Notes: generated from the sequence alone by a model not told the origin. Shown: positions 1-9,771, counted from the first letter of the stretch. The stretch: DNA of 64,000 nucleotides from an uncultured bacterium (GCA_963732385.1 CAVSZB010000004.1:160001-224000), one strand, 5' to 3'. Made by a program: numbers and translations.

Positions 1-270
1 GAACAGCGCCGTCAGCTCGTTGTAGCGGGCCATCGAGCCGACCGTGAAGAGCGCCGCCATCAGCATCGCGATCGGCAGGCAGAGATCCAGCACCCACGGA
101 ATCTTGTAGAGGTAGTAACGCCCGATCTGCGCCAGCGTGGCGTGGTTGTCGAGGAAGTTGTCCACGTGCTCGAACAGATCCACCAGCAGGAACAGCACGC
201 ACGCGCCGGCCAGCGTCGTCAACAGGGTCCGCAGGAAGGAGGAGAGGACCACGCGGTGGATGAGGCTCAT
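1..270 (-). CDS. lptG: LPS export ABC permease LptG (5' part; runs off the window)
   Basis: Manually translated MSLIHRVVLSSFLRTLL...LPIAMLMAALFTVGSMARYNELTALF, a typical LptF/LptG N-terminus. Its ATG overlaps the lptF stop (ATGA). Confidence 0.85.
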   Translation of the reverse strand, partial: MSLIHRVVLSSFLRTLLTTLAGACVLFLLVDLFEHVDNFLDNHATLAQIGRYYLYKIPWVLDLCLPIAMLMAALFTVGSMARYNELTALF

Positions 271-1688
271 GGGCGTGTCTCCGGGCCGGTCGGTGGCGAC
301 GCTCCGTCCGTCGCGGTCCACCGGCGCGGCCAGAGGCGCAGCGGAGCCGACTCGCGCACCGCGCGCATGGCAATCGGGATGCCGGTCGCGGCCAACAGCA
401 GATTGGCGGCCCACATCGCCAGGAACGGGTCGCAGCGTCCGCGATCGGCGAGCTTTTCGCCCCCGATGAGGAATAGGTAGTAGACCAGGTAGATCCCCAT
501 CGCTGCAGCCACCGAGACCCCGCGTCCGGAACGTGCGGAACCGAGCGAGAGGGGCAGTCCCCACAGCACGAAGACGAGGCAGGCAAAGGGGATGGCGAAC
601 TTCTTGTGGTACTCGACCAGATACTTGTTCTCGATCTGCCGGCGGCTGTCGCGCAGGTCCGTCTGGACGCGCGCGGAGCCGGCCGCCAGCTCGACCTCCT
701 GCTGCGCGGCCCGGAGGACAGCCATCCGGAAGCCTTCCGGAGCCGATTCGTGCGGCGTGGTTCCGCGGCCGAGCAGGAGGGTGCGTTCCTGCGGGTCGAG
801 AAGCCCCCAGACGCGGCGGGTCAGCCGGGTGGCGAGGTCGGTCGTGTTCGCCAGGATCTCGCTCTGGCCGGCGTGCTCCGCGCGGGCGGCGGCCCGCAGG
901 GCGGTGAGGTTCATCTCGCGGTCCCCTCGGGAGGTGCGGCCCGATGCTTCGAGATCGCGTTCGGTGTTGCGGACGTACAGGTTGTGCTGGACGAAACGGA
1001 CCACGTCGTAGCGGCCCGGATCGCCGTCGTCAGGCAGGCTGTGGATCTCGCCGTCGTGTAGTTCGAGTACCACGGCATCCTCCGCTGGGCGCGGCACGAG
1101 CAGTCCCCAGGTGGCGGTCGTCAGCCGGGGGCGCAGGTCGCCCGGCTGCGCCTTCTCCAGGATCCGCACCCCGCTCAGCCGGCCGGTGCGGTCGTCCTTC
1201 TCCTCGACCCAGATCGTGACCCGGTCATTCAACTCGGCGAACATCTGCGGACGGATCTCCAGCAGCGGCTTTTTCCGATTGATGTCGAACAACAGGTTGA
1301 CTAGCCTGTGGTTCGCTTCCGGCAGGATGTAGTGGTTATAGGCGGTCAGGCTCAGCGCAACCACGACGCCGCCGGCGAGCAGGGGGCGCAGCAGCGCGTC
1401 GAGGCCGATGCCGCTCGCTTTGAGCGCCACGATCTCATGGTCTGCCGCCAACTGCCCCACGCCCATGAGCACCCCGACCAGCACGGCCATTGGTATGGAT
1501 AATGCAAGTGTATATCCCAGGCTCAGGAACAGCACCTCCGTGGCCAGCAGAAAAGGCACCCCCTTGGTGACGAACATCTCCACGTAGCGATAGAGATCAT
1601 TGATGATGAGCACGAAGGTGATGACGAAGAAACCGAAGGCGAACGGTCCAGCCGTGGCCTTGAGCAAGTGTTTGTAGATCAGGTACAT
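267..1688 (-). CDS. lptF: LPS export ABC permease LptF
   Basis: MYLIYKHLLK start; LSIPMAVLVGVLMGVGQLAADHEIVALKASGI and EYHKKFAIPFAC motifs. The upstream ORF extension is judged spurious. Confidence 0.88.
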   Translation of the reverse strand: MYLIYKHLLKATAGPFAFGFFVITFVLIINDLYRYVEMFVTKGVPFLLATEVLFLSLGYTLALSIPMAVLVGVLMGVGQLAADHEIVALKASGIGLDALLRPLLAGGVVVALSLTAYNHYILPEANHRLVNLLFDINRKKPLLEIRPQMFAELNDRVTIWVEEKDDRTGRLSGVRILEKAQPGDLRPRLTTATWGLLVPRPAEDAVVLELHDGEIHSLPDDGDPGRYDVVRFVQHNLYVRNTERDLEASGRTSRGDREMNLTALRAAARAEHAGQSEILANTTDLATRLTRRVWGLLDPQERTLLLGRGTTPHESAPEGFRMAVLRAAQQEVELAAGSARVQTDLRDSRRQIENKYLVEYHKKFAIPFACLVFVLWGLPLSLGSARSGRGVSVAAAMGIYLVYYLFLIGGEKLADRGRCDPFLAMWAANLLLAATGIPIAMRAVRESAPLRLWPRRWTATDGASPPTGPETRP

Positions 1689-1995
1689 CGATCTCCCGTG
1701 CCCCGGCGCCATCCGGGCGTACTCCCGCGGTTCGTCCGCGCCCCCGGGTGGCCGCCGGAAGGGCGGTCCGGGGGGTGGGGGGCGGGATGATGTGCGTTCC
1801 GGTCCGCAGGGCCCCGGCCGTGGCGGGCGACCCGCCCTGGGGTCACGCTGACCCTTTTGGTGGACGCGGTCGCCCACGGCGACCCAACCGCCGGCGCGGC
1901 ACTGCCGCAGTGTAGCCCCCGGTTCGTTCCGGGACAACGCCGCAGAGACGCCGACGGCCCGGCCGGAGGCGAGAGTCCGCGAAGGAGCCCGGCCG

Positions 1996-4900
1996 TTGAG
2001 CGCCAGCGCCGTATTGTTGCGCCGACCCGCCCGCCGCCCTCGCCAGGCCTGGCGGCGGGGGACGCTGCCGCCGCCTGTCGCTCTCATCGTGGCCATTTTC
2101 CTGCTCTTGGGCGCCGGTTCTCTCCGGGCCGAGCCTGTCTACGACGGCCCCATCCTGCCCGGCTTCGATCCCCTTCTGGCCGCCACGAACGATCCGCGCC
2201 TGCTGGGCGCCGGGCGTCTGGAAGCCCGCCAGCGGCTGCTAGCCCAGGGCGTCGATCTGGCTCGCCTCGTCGAACATCCCACGCTCGAAAGCGTGCTGCG
2301 CGCGTACTACGACCGCGAGTGGCGGCGCCACCGGGAGCGGCTCGAGACCACGCGTGAGTCGGATCGCATCATCGGCGTGGAGACGACCTTCGAATACCCG
2401 GTCTGGTTCGTGTTGTTCCCGGCTTCCGAGCCGCTGCCGGACGGTTTCACCTGGTGGCCGCCGCGACCGGTCGACGCGGTGGAGGTCCGCGTCACGATCG
2501 AGCGTCCGGAGATCGCCGCGGAACGACGCGCCGACGCGGCCCGACGCGCGGCGTGGGCAGAGCGCCTCGACGTCCGCTCCGGCAAAGGGGGTCGAGGCGG
2601 GAGCGAGGGGCTGCTCAACCTGACCATCCCCATCAAGTTGCCGCACACGCTCGAAAAGATCATCGGCAAGGGCGAAAAAACCAACATCCGGGTGAGTGGG
2701 CGGGAACACATCGCGATCTCGGGCGAAAGCACGGTCATCAAGCCGTTCGTCGGCAACGAACGGCGCAGCAAGCCGAGCCTCTTCCCGAATCTCGACATGG
2801 AACAGCAACTCCAGATCAATCTCTCCGGCACGATCGGCGAGAAGATCATCATGGAAGTGGCCCACAACAGCGAGGTTATCGGCCCCGGCGGGACGACGAT
2901 CAAGCTCTCCTACCGTGGTACCGAGGACGAGGTCATCAAGACCATCGAGACCGGCGACGTCGGCCTGACCCTGCCAGGCAGTCAGCTGCTCGGTTACAGC
3001 TCGAACAAGTCGGGCCTGTTCGGCGTCAAGGTGACCGGGCAGATGGGGCGTGCCGATTTTGCTGTCGTGGTCAGCAAGCAGAAGTCGGAGAGCGCCTCCA
3101 AATCGTTCAACAGCAAGGGAGGCGAGGTCGCCGAGCACATCATCGAATGCCAGAACTACGTGAGCAACCGGTTCTTCTATCTCGACCTCCAGGCCGGATC
3201 CACCGCGTTCGACGGCGTGTTCGACCTCCCCGGGCGACCGGCGGGCTGGACCATCGATCCGCAGTCGGTCCACGTGTACCAGTTCGTGGCGAACGCGCCG
3301 CCGTCGGCGAGCGCGGTCGAGAATGTGGCCCTGTACCTGGATGGCACCGGACGCTGGGATCTCACGGCGGCGCCGTCCCCCTTTCTGGGGCAGCGCTTCA
3401 ACGAGGTGGAATGGGATCCTCTCAACGACCAGAACAACCGTATGATCGCCCTGGACCTGACGCACTCGTACGAAGATGGCGCCATCCTGGGCGTGATCTA
3501 CGACGTGGTGGACGCCGCCGGGACGCTCGTGTACGAGGTGGGTGACGACCCTGGGATCGACGAAGGCAATCGCGTGCCCCTCGGGCAGGAGGGGAAAGCG
3601 TACCTGCGCATGAAGTTGCTCAAGCCGGACTTATACACGGAGCAGAATTCACGCACCTGGTACTATGCGATGCGCAATATCTACCCGCTCGGCGGCACGA
3701 ACATCGATTCTGATTCGTTCGAGTTCGAAATCGAGTTGAACTCAGCCTCGCTCATTTCCCCCGAACTGGACACCGCCAACCAGAAATCGTGGATCCGGAT
3801 CTTCGGGCTGGATCGTCTCGACGAATCCAGCCAGCCGGGACACGACGAAGTCGCGGACAAGCAGGATCCCCTGCTGTTCGACCTGGAGAAAGGCCTGCTC
3901 AAGTTCCCCCGTAATATTACGCGGCCTTTCGCGATGTCCGACTCGACCGTGTACATCGAGAACGCCGGGGGTGCGGGCGAATTCGACTGGGAGAACTCGC
4001 TGCTGAGGATCAACCGCGTGCCGCAGATCTACGACTATAAGGAGCCGGCCAGCGAGCGTGGTCGCTACAACCGTTTCCGACTGGTCGCCCGTCATGCCGC
4101 GGCCAGCGGCACGATCGACCTGCGCGACTCCAACATCGAGGAGGACTCGGAGACGGTCATTCTCGACGGGCAGACCCTGACCAAGGGTTCGGATTACGAC
4201 ATCGACTATACCTTCGGCCAGGTCACCCTCAAGGGGGATGCCGCCGCCCGCCTGAGCGCGGACTCGCAGATCAGCGTGAACTACCAATACGCGCCGTTCA
4301 TGGGGGGCGGCAACAGCAACCTGCTCGGCTTCAACCTGGGGTTCGAACTCGGCCGTCAGAGCCATCTGTCCACTACCTGGCTCTATGAATCGAGCCAGAT
4401 CGCAGGGCACAAGGCGAAGCTCGGCGAGGAGCCGAGCCGGACCCTCGTGGGGAACCTCAACCTGACGCACACGCTCAGACCGACGTTCCTCACGAGCGCG
4501 GCCAATTTCCTCTCCCGCCGGGACTCCGACAAGGAGAGCAGTCTCCAGCTCAGCGGGGAGATCGCCGGCAGCGTGCCCAATCCCAACACCCAGGGCGATG
4601 TGTTTCTGGAGGATTTCGAAGGCATTGATGCATCGGACCTCATGTCGGTCAGTCGCCTTTCCTGGATGTGGGGCAGTGCGCCGGCGCAGGGGCGCGACCC
4701 GGAATACGTAAACGCCGTCAACGATGCGCGCGACTTCACGCCACAGGACCGCGTGGACGTGCGCTGGTTCCTGCCCAAGGACACCGTGCAGCGCCGCTTC
4801 CTCAACCCCGATCTGCGCGAGGCCGAGGGCAAGGAGCCTCAGCAGGTGCTGCAGGTCCGGATGGACGCCGGAGGCGCCGGCTGGGGGAATTCGTCCTGGG

Positions 4901-7900
4901 GCGGCATCATGCGCGGCCTCGGCCGCAGCGGCATTGATCTCTCGAAGGCGCAGTTTCTCGAATTCTGGGTGAACGACTTCCGTCCGCAGCAGGCGGTCCG
5001 TCGCGGCAAACTGCACATCGACTTCGGCTATATCGACGAGGACTTCTTCTGGCCCGTGCGCAACGGCGCTCTGCTCACGGACACCTGGGAACGCGAGGAC
5101 GCCAACGCTGATGGTATCTTCACGGCAGCAACTGAGGATATGGGCTTCGACCGGGAATTGAACGGACCGGGCGTCCCCGACTACTACGATCCCGCGTTCA
5201 ACGATTACAGCAACCCCTATCCGTTCATCAATGGGACCGAGCGCAACCTGCGCGAGGATACCGAGGATCTCGATGGCGATACCCAGCTGGATCGTCTGAA
5301 CGGCTACAACAGCATCACCGTCGATCTCGCCGACTCCGCCCTGGTGGATGTGCTGCGCGATTATGCCCCGGACCAGGTGGCGGGGCTCGAGGCCGCGGGG
5401 CAGGCCTGGCGCAAATTCCGCATCCGGCTCAACGATGCCCGCACGGTGTCGCCGCCGAACGGAACCTCGCCCCAGATCCGGCAGGTGACGCACGTGCGCT
5501 TCTGGTACGAGGACGGCGACGTCGGTGCGCCGGCCCAGACGCAGATCCAGCTGTCCGAGATCAAGTTCCTGGGCAGTCGTTGGGAGCGCGAGGGGCTGCG
5601 CAAGAACGTTTCGGAGCAGCTGCTGGCGCCGGCCGAGCGGGGGCCGCGCGAGGCCTTCTTCCTGGGCGAGGTAAACAACAAGGAGAACCCCGACTACTAT
5701 TCGCCCTTCAATGTGCACGAGGAGAATCGCATCCAGGAGAAGGAATCGTCGCTGGTGTTCGACTTTGCCGAGCTCGAGCGCGACCACCTGGCGCGCGCCA
5801 GCCGCTATGTCTCGCCGCGCGGCGACGACTACACCCTGTACAGAAACATCTCCTGGTACTGGTTCAACCCGCGCGCCGACCTGAGCGACGTGGACCTGTT
5901 CTTCCGCGTCGGCTCCGACTCGCTCAACTACTACGAGGTACGATGGCGGTTCGACGAGAGCCCCGGCGCGCGCACCGGCTGGAAGGAGATCAGCCTGGGA
6001 CTGGCGGAGTTGAGCAACGCCAAGCTCGATCCGGTGGACACCGAATACGGCTGGATCGCGACCACCGTGCCGGACCAGGTGACGGGTCAGCCCTACCGGG
6101 TGCGCGTGGTGGGCAGGCCAGATCTGCGCCGCGTGAAGCGCTACTACTTCGGGGTCGTCAACGATCGGCGGGACCTGCCGGTCAGCGGTTATTTCTATTT
6201 CAACGACGTGCGGCTCGAGGCGGTGAAACGAGAGAAGGGCCTGGCCGAACGGGTGGCGGCGCGCCTGAACATGGCGGACGTCATCAAGGTGGACTTCGAC
6301 TGGTCCAAGCGCGACGCGGATTTCCACGGTCTCGGCACAACTCGCGGCCAGGGCTTCCAGAACCAGGATTGGAGTCTCACGGCCAGCCTCAGGGCGGACG
6401 ATTTCGTGCCGCTGCTGGGATTCCAGGTCCCGATCAACCTCTCGCGACGCCAGGGCATCAGTCGTCCAAAGTACCTGACGAACGACGACGTCGAACTGAT
6501 CGACGAGGATATCCGCAACGCGCAGTCCGGGGTCGATACGCGCGAAAGCTATAGTGTCAGCGTGGCTCGCCAGCCATCGCGCGCCGCAGTGCCGCGCTAC
6601 CTGATTGACCCGTGGCGGTTCTCGCTCAGCGGCGCACGATCGAGCCGTCTCGGGCCGACGGACCGTCAGTGGCAGAGCAATTCACAGGCGACCGTCATCT
6701 ACGATCTGCGCGTCCTCGGCAACTACCGGTTGGGGGACTACCTCTTCTTCGGCGCTGTGCCGCTGCTCAGCGATCTGGCGTTGGCGCCGCGCAAGATCAC
6801 CCTTGGCGGTTCGGTCGGCAGTTCGCGGCAGACGAGCGAGTCGATCGCCCTGAACGGTCTGGTGACGACGCGGCCGATGCAGTACGCGCGGCGGGGCAAC
6901 TTCAACGCCGCGGTGGAGTACGCACCGCTGCGGCTCGCGCAAATCAGCCTGAATCTGAAATCCGATCGCGATTTCCTGCGCCCGCAAACGGGCGCCTTCG
7001 GACTGAATGTCGGGCGGGAGTTGTACTACACGCAGGGTGTCCAGGTGCGGTTCAGCCCTCCCAATGCAGAGCGGTTGCCCGACACCTGGCTGTTGGCGCC
7101 GTTGCGTTACGGGGTGAGCGCCCTGAATTCCATGCGTCCTTCCGTGACCTTCAACGGCCAGTTTGCCGCCAACCGCGATCCGAGTCAGCGCCAGGCGGGC
7201 GATCCGGAGAATGTCCGCTCGGTGTCCAACAGTGGCGACTGGGATGTCCGCCTGAGCCTGCCGATCGACACCTTCATCAAAAGGCGCTTCCCCAATCGTC
7301 GCTCGGTTTCGGACGACCAGCGGCGCCAGACTATCGAGCGTCAGCGCCGTCTGGGGCGGCGGGGCGGCGGCACCGCCGGCGGGGAGGAGTCGCCGGGCGA
7401 CGGGGGGATGCCGCCCGGTCCGACACCGTCGGGAGGCGACGCGTCCCCGGATTCCCTGCAGGCGCCCGGGTCGGGCGGGTCGGACGCGAGCGAACCGGAG
7501 TCAGTCGCCACCTCGCCGTCGGAAGAGGAACTGCTCACCCCCGAGGATCGGCAGCGCCGTGAAGATGAGGCCCTGCTCGAACAGGCGCGCGAATTGGAGG
7601 AACGCGAACGCGCCGAGAGCGCCAGGCGCGCGTCGCCCGACACGTCCTCTGCGCCGGCGGAGAGGGGGGGAGGCCGCCGCTGGCTGCGGGTGCCTGATCC
7701 GCGCCAGGCAGCGATCCACCTCCTGCGCGGCCTGAGTCCCGTGCAGGCGTCCTACAGCCTGCGCAAGCAGAGCCAGTACAGCCGCCTCGCCGGGGCCGAC
7801 GAATTCTGGTATCGCACCGGGCTCTCGTCGCGGCTCGAGCAGCCCGACACCGCATACGTGTCGGCCCAGTTCAGCGAGCGCCGTACGAAATCGCTTTCGA

Positions 7901-8616
7901 GCAGCCTCAAACTCGCGCGCAGCGTAACCGCCGACGTGAAGTTCAGTCAGACCATCAGCAACCAGGACGGGGGCGGTCTGCGGCGCGATAATTACGAGGT
8001 CATCTGGCCTGATCTGCGACTGGCGATTGCCGGCGTGGAGCGGTGGCGGGTGTTCGGGGGGGGGGGCGGCGACGGCTGGTTCCGTTCCTCGAACATCGAC
8101 GTGGGCTACAAGTTCGCCAAGAACGTGAACGGGGCGACGTCCACGACCTACAACCCGAGGATGTCAACGTCGATCACGCCGCGCTGGAATTTCACCTTCG
8201 CCAGCGGAATGAGCGCTTCTCTGAACGGGGGCCTGACGCACGATCGGACCATCACCAACGGCACGATCGTCGATGCGCGGCGCCTGAACGTGGGGTTGCA
8301 GGTGCGTCACAGCTTCCGCGCCGAGAAGCTGCTGGCGAAGGTGAACCTGTACCGGCCGGGAAACACCCCGACCATCAATTTGGACTTCGGCGTGAACTAC
8401 AGTCGCGACACCAGCGAGCGTCTCGTGCCGGGCGCCACTGTCGCCGACGCGCGCACCGGGAATTCGCGGCTCGGGATCAATCCGCGGTTCAGCTACCAGG
8501 TGACCCGGAATCTCTCGGGCGCGCTGCGGTTCGTGTTTTCGCGGAACAAGGTGGATGCGACCAACACCAGCACCATTACCTTCGGTCTCGGTCTGGAGGC
8601 GACATTTGTCTTCTAA
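1996..8616 (+). CDS. sprA: SprA/Sov-like type IX secretion outer-membrane translocon (cell surface protein SprA), 2206 aa
   Basis: GAAGGAG SD before TTG; signal peptide; SprA-like blocks QQLQINLSGTIGEKI, EDEVIKTIETGDV, GLFGVKVTGQMG, DYDIDYTFGQV, EDFEG, WGGIMR and EFWV..GKLHIDFGYIDED; beta-strand-rich C-terminus ending in Phe. Confidence 0.85.
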   Translation: MSASAVLLRRPARRPRQAWRRGTLPPPVALIVAIFLLLGAGSLRAEPVYDGPILPGFDPLLAATNDPRLLGAGRLEARQRLLAQGVDLARLVEHPTLESVLRAYYDREWRRHRERLETTRESDRIIGVETTFEYPVWFVLFPASEPLPDGFTWWPPRPVDAVEVRVTIERPEIAAERRADAARRAAWAERLDVRSGKGGRGGSEGLLNLTIPIKLPHTLEKIIGKGEKTNIRVSGREHIAISGESTVIKPFVGNERRSKPSLFPNLDMEQQLQINLSGTIGEKIIMEVAHNSEVIGPGGTTIKLSYRGTEDEVIKTIETGDVGLTLPGSQLLGYSSNKSGLFGVKVTGQMGRADFAVVVSKQKSESASKSFNSKGGEVAEHIIECQNYVSNRFFYLDLQAGSTAFDGVFDLPGRPAGWTIDPQSVHVYQFVANAPPSASAVENVALYLDGTGRWDLTAAPSPFLGQRFNEVEWDPLNDQNNRMIALDLTHSYEDGAILGVIYDVVDAAGTLVYEVGDDPGIDEGNRVPLGQEGKAYLRMKLLKPDLYTEQNSRTWYYAMRNIYPLGGTNIDSDSFEFEIELNSASLISPELDTANQKSWIRIFGLDRLDESSQPGHDEVADKQDPLLFDLEKGLLKFPRNITRPFAMSDSTVYIENAGGAGEFDWENSLLRINRVPQIYDYKEPASERGRYNRFRLVARHAAASGTIDLRDSNIEEDSETVILDGQTLTKGSDYDIDYTFGQVTLKGDAAARLSADSQISVNYQYAPFMGGGNSNLLGFNLGFELGRQSHLSTTWLYESSQIAGHKAKLGEEPSRTLVGNLNLTHTLRPTFLTSAANFLSRRDSDKESSLQLSGEIAGSVPNPNTQGDVFLEDFEGIDASDLMSVSRLSWMWGSAPAQGRDPEYVNAVNDARDFTPQDRVDVRWFLPKDTVQRRFLNPDLREAEGKEPQQVLQVRMDAGGAGWGNSSWGGIMRGLGRSGIDLSKAQFLEFWVNDFRPQQAVRRGKLHIDFGYIDEDFFWPVRNGALLTDTWEREDANADGIFTAATEDMGFDRELNGPGVPDYYDPAFNDYSNPYPFINGTERNLREDTEDLDGDTQLDRLNGYNSITVDLADSALVDVLRDYAPDQVAGLEAAGQAWRKFRIRLNDARTVSPPNGTSPQIRQVTHVRFWYEDGDVGAPAQTQIQLSEIKFLGSRWEREGLRKNVSEQLLAPAERGPREAFFLGEVNNKENPDYYSPFNVHEENRIQEKESSLVFDFAELERDHLARASRYVSPRGDDYTLYRNISWYWFNPRADLSDVDLFFRVGSDSLNYYEVRWRFDESPGARTGWKEISLGLAELSNAKLDPVDTEYGWIATTVPDQVTGQPYRVRVVGRPDLRRVKRYYFGVVNDRRDLPVSGYFYFNDVRLEAVKREKGLAERVAARLNMADVIKVDFDWSKRDADFHGLGTTRGQGFQNQDWSLTASLRADDFVPLLGFQVPINLSRRQGISRPKYLTNDDVELIDEDIRNAQSGVDTRESYSVSVARQPSRAAVPRYLIDPWRFSLSGARSSRLGPTDRQWQSNSQATVIYDLRVLGNYRLGDYLFFGAVPLLSDLALAPRKITLGGSVGSSRQTSESIALNGLVTTRPMQYARRGNFNAAVEYAPLRLAQISLNLKSDRDFLRPQTGAFGLNVGRELYYTQGVQVRFSPPNAERLPDTWLLAPLRYGVSALNSMRPSVTFNGQFAANRDPSQRQAGDPENVRSVSNSGDWDVRLSLPIDTFIKRRFPNRRSVSDDQRRQTIERQRRLGRRGGGTAGGEESPGDGGMPPGPTPSGGDASPDSLQAPGSGGSDASEPESVATSPSEEELLTPEDRQRREDEALLEQARELEERERAESARRASPDTSSAPAERGGGRRWLRVPDPRQAAIHLLRGLSPVQASYSLRKQSQYSRLAGADEFWYRTGLSSRLEQPDTAYVSAQFSERRTKSLSSSLKLARSVTADVKFSQTISNQDGGGLRRDNYEVIWPDLRLAIAGVERWRVFGGGGGDGWFRSSNIDVGYKFAKNVNGATSTTYNPRMSTSITPRWNFTFASGMSASLNGGLTHDRTITNGTIVDARRLNVGLQVRHSFRAEKLLAKVNLYRPGNTPTINLDFGVNYSRDTSERLVPGATVADARTGNSRLGINPRFSYQVTRNLSGALRFVFSRNKVDATNTSTITFGLGLEATFVF

Positions 8617-8659
8617 GGTTATTTCGGTCGGTGGTGTCGCCACGCCGCGGGGGACCGCA

Positions 8660-9595
8660 GTGGTGGCGGTGCTGCTGCTGCTGGTGCTCGCTCCGCTCGC
8701 CCCCGGCGCGCGCGCCGTGCCGCCCGCGCCCGTACCGGTCCCCGCCTTCTCGGGCGCCCGCGCCATGTCCTGGCTGCGCGTCCAGTGCGCTTTCGGGCCG
8801 CGTCATCCCGGATCGCCGGGGCAGCATCGTCTGCGGCGCCTGATCAGCGCCCACGCCGACTCGCTCGGGCTGCCCTGCGCGCCGGTCTGTTTCACGCTGG
8901 ACGATCCCTACGGCGACGGTCGGCTCGAAGTCTGTAATTATGTGGTCTCGGCGGGGCCGTCGGGAGGGCAGCGGCTCTGGATCGCCGCGCATTACGACAC
9001 CCGCCCCCGCAGCGACCGCGACCCCGACCCGCGGCTGGCCGCCCTCCCCCTGATCGGCGCGAACGACGGTGCGAGCGGCGTGGCCGTCCTGCTGCACCTG
9101 GCGGAACTGCTGGCGGCGCACCCCCCGGCGCGCGGTGTGGATCTCCTCTTTCTCGACGCGGAGGACTATGGACGGGAGGGGGATCCGGCCAATTACTGCC
9201 TCGGTGCGACCCGTCTGGCGGCGCACTGGCGCGACTTCGGCAGCCCTCTGGCCGGCGGCAGTCCTGAGGGGCTCGTACTGCTCGACATGGTCGGAAAACG
9301 GGATCTGGCCATCCCCATGGAAGGGTATTCGCTGCGTCTGGCCGGTGCGTGGACGCGAACTGTCTTCGACCGGGCCGCAGAACTCGGGCTGGACGCCTGC
9401 GTGCCCGCGGAGGGGCCCTCGGTCTGGGACGACCATGTGCCGTTCCTGCGGGCAGGGATACCGGCTGTCGATCTGATCGATTTCGACTATCCGCAGTGGC
9501 ATACCTCGCGGGATACGCCGGAGATGTGTGACCCGGCCAGCCTGGAGCAGGTCGGCCGCCTGGTGACCGATCTCTGCTACCGGCCGGGGCCCTGA
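8660..9595 (+). CDS. Exported M28-family zinc enzyme, glutaminyl-peptide cyclotransferase-like (start uncertain, 8555-8660)
   Basis: AHYDTRP, GANDGASGVAVLL, DAEDYG, LLDMVG, DDHVPF and WHT motifs; hydrophobic N-terminus. Confidence 0.85.
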   Translation: MVAVLLLLVLAPLAPGARAVPPAPVPVPAFSGARAMSWLRVQCAFGPRHPGSPGQHRLRRLISAHADSLGLPCAPVCFTLDDPYGDGRLEVCNYVVSAGPSGGQRLWIAAHYDTRPRSDRDPDPRLAALPLIGANDGASGVAVLLHLAELLAAHPPARGVDLLFLDAEDYGREGDPANYCLGATRLAAHWRDFGSPLAGGSPEGLVLLDMVGKRDLAIPMEGYSLRLAGAWTRTVFDRAAELGLDACVPAEGPSVWDDHVPFLRAGIPAVDLIDFDYPQWHTSRDTPEMCDPASLEQVGRLVTDLCYRPGP

Positions 9596-9632
9596 TTCCG
9601 CGCTCCCCGGTCCGCCCGGAGGCCGATTTCGC

Positions 9633-9661
9633 TTGCCAAGGCTGGCCGACTGGCATATATT
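9633..9661 (+). promoter_or_regulatory. Putative sigma70 promoter of the rimP-nusA-infB operon
   Basis: TTGCCA (9633-9638), 17-nt spacer, TATATT (9656-9661). Confidence 0.6.
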
Positions 9662-9693
9662 GGCCCCGGTCGGTGCACCTCGGGGGGGGCTCG

Positions 9694-9720
9694 GAAGTGG
9701 GCGTAAGTCCACTTCTTTTC
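9694..9720 (+). ncRNA. rimP leader hairpin (cis-regulatory RNA)
   Basis: GAAGTGGGC-GTAA-GTCCACTTC stem with a GNRA loop followed by TTTTC, just upstream of rimP; matches the known rimP leader architecture. Confidence 0.7.
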
Positions 9721-9771
9721 TTGTCGGGACCGCCCTCCTCCGGACGGTGTGCCGTGGGAAGGTTGCTGGTC

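Noticed and set aside
1689..2096. N-terminal extension of the lptF ORF, and similar extensions on the nusA, ribF, mutase, Gfo/Idh/MocA, vorB, YIP1 and tig ORFs
   Set aside because: Arg/Pro-rich non-homologous sequence overlapping neighbouring genes or the tRNA. Downstream starts match the family N-termini, most with an SD or a stop/start overlap.
9651..9665. TGGCATATATTGGC resembling a sigma-54 -24/-12 promoter
   Set aside because: The GG-to-GC spacing is one base short, and the site is better explained as the sigma70 -10 box.
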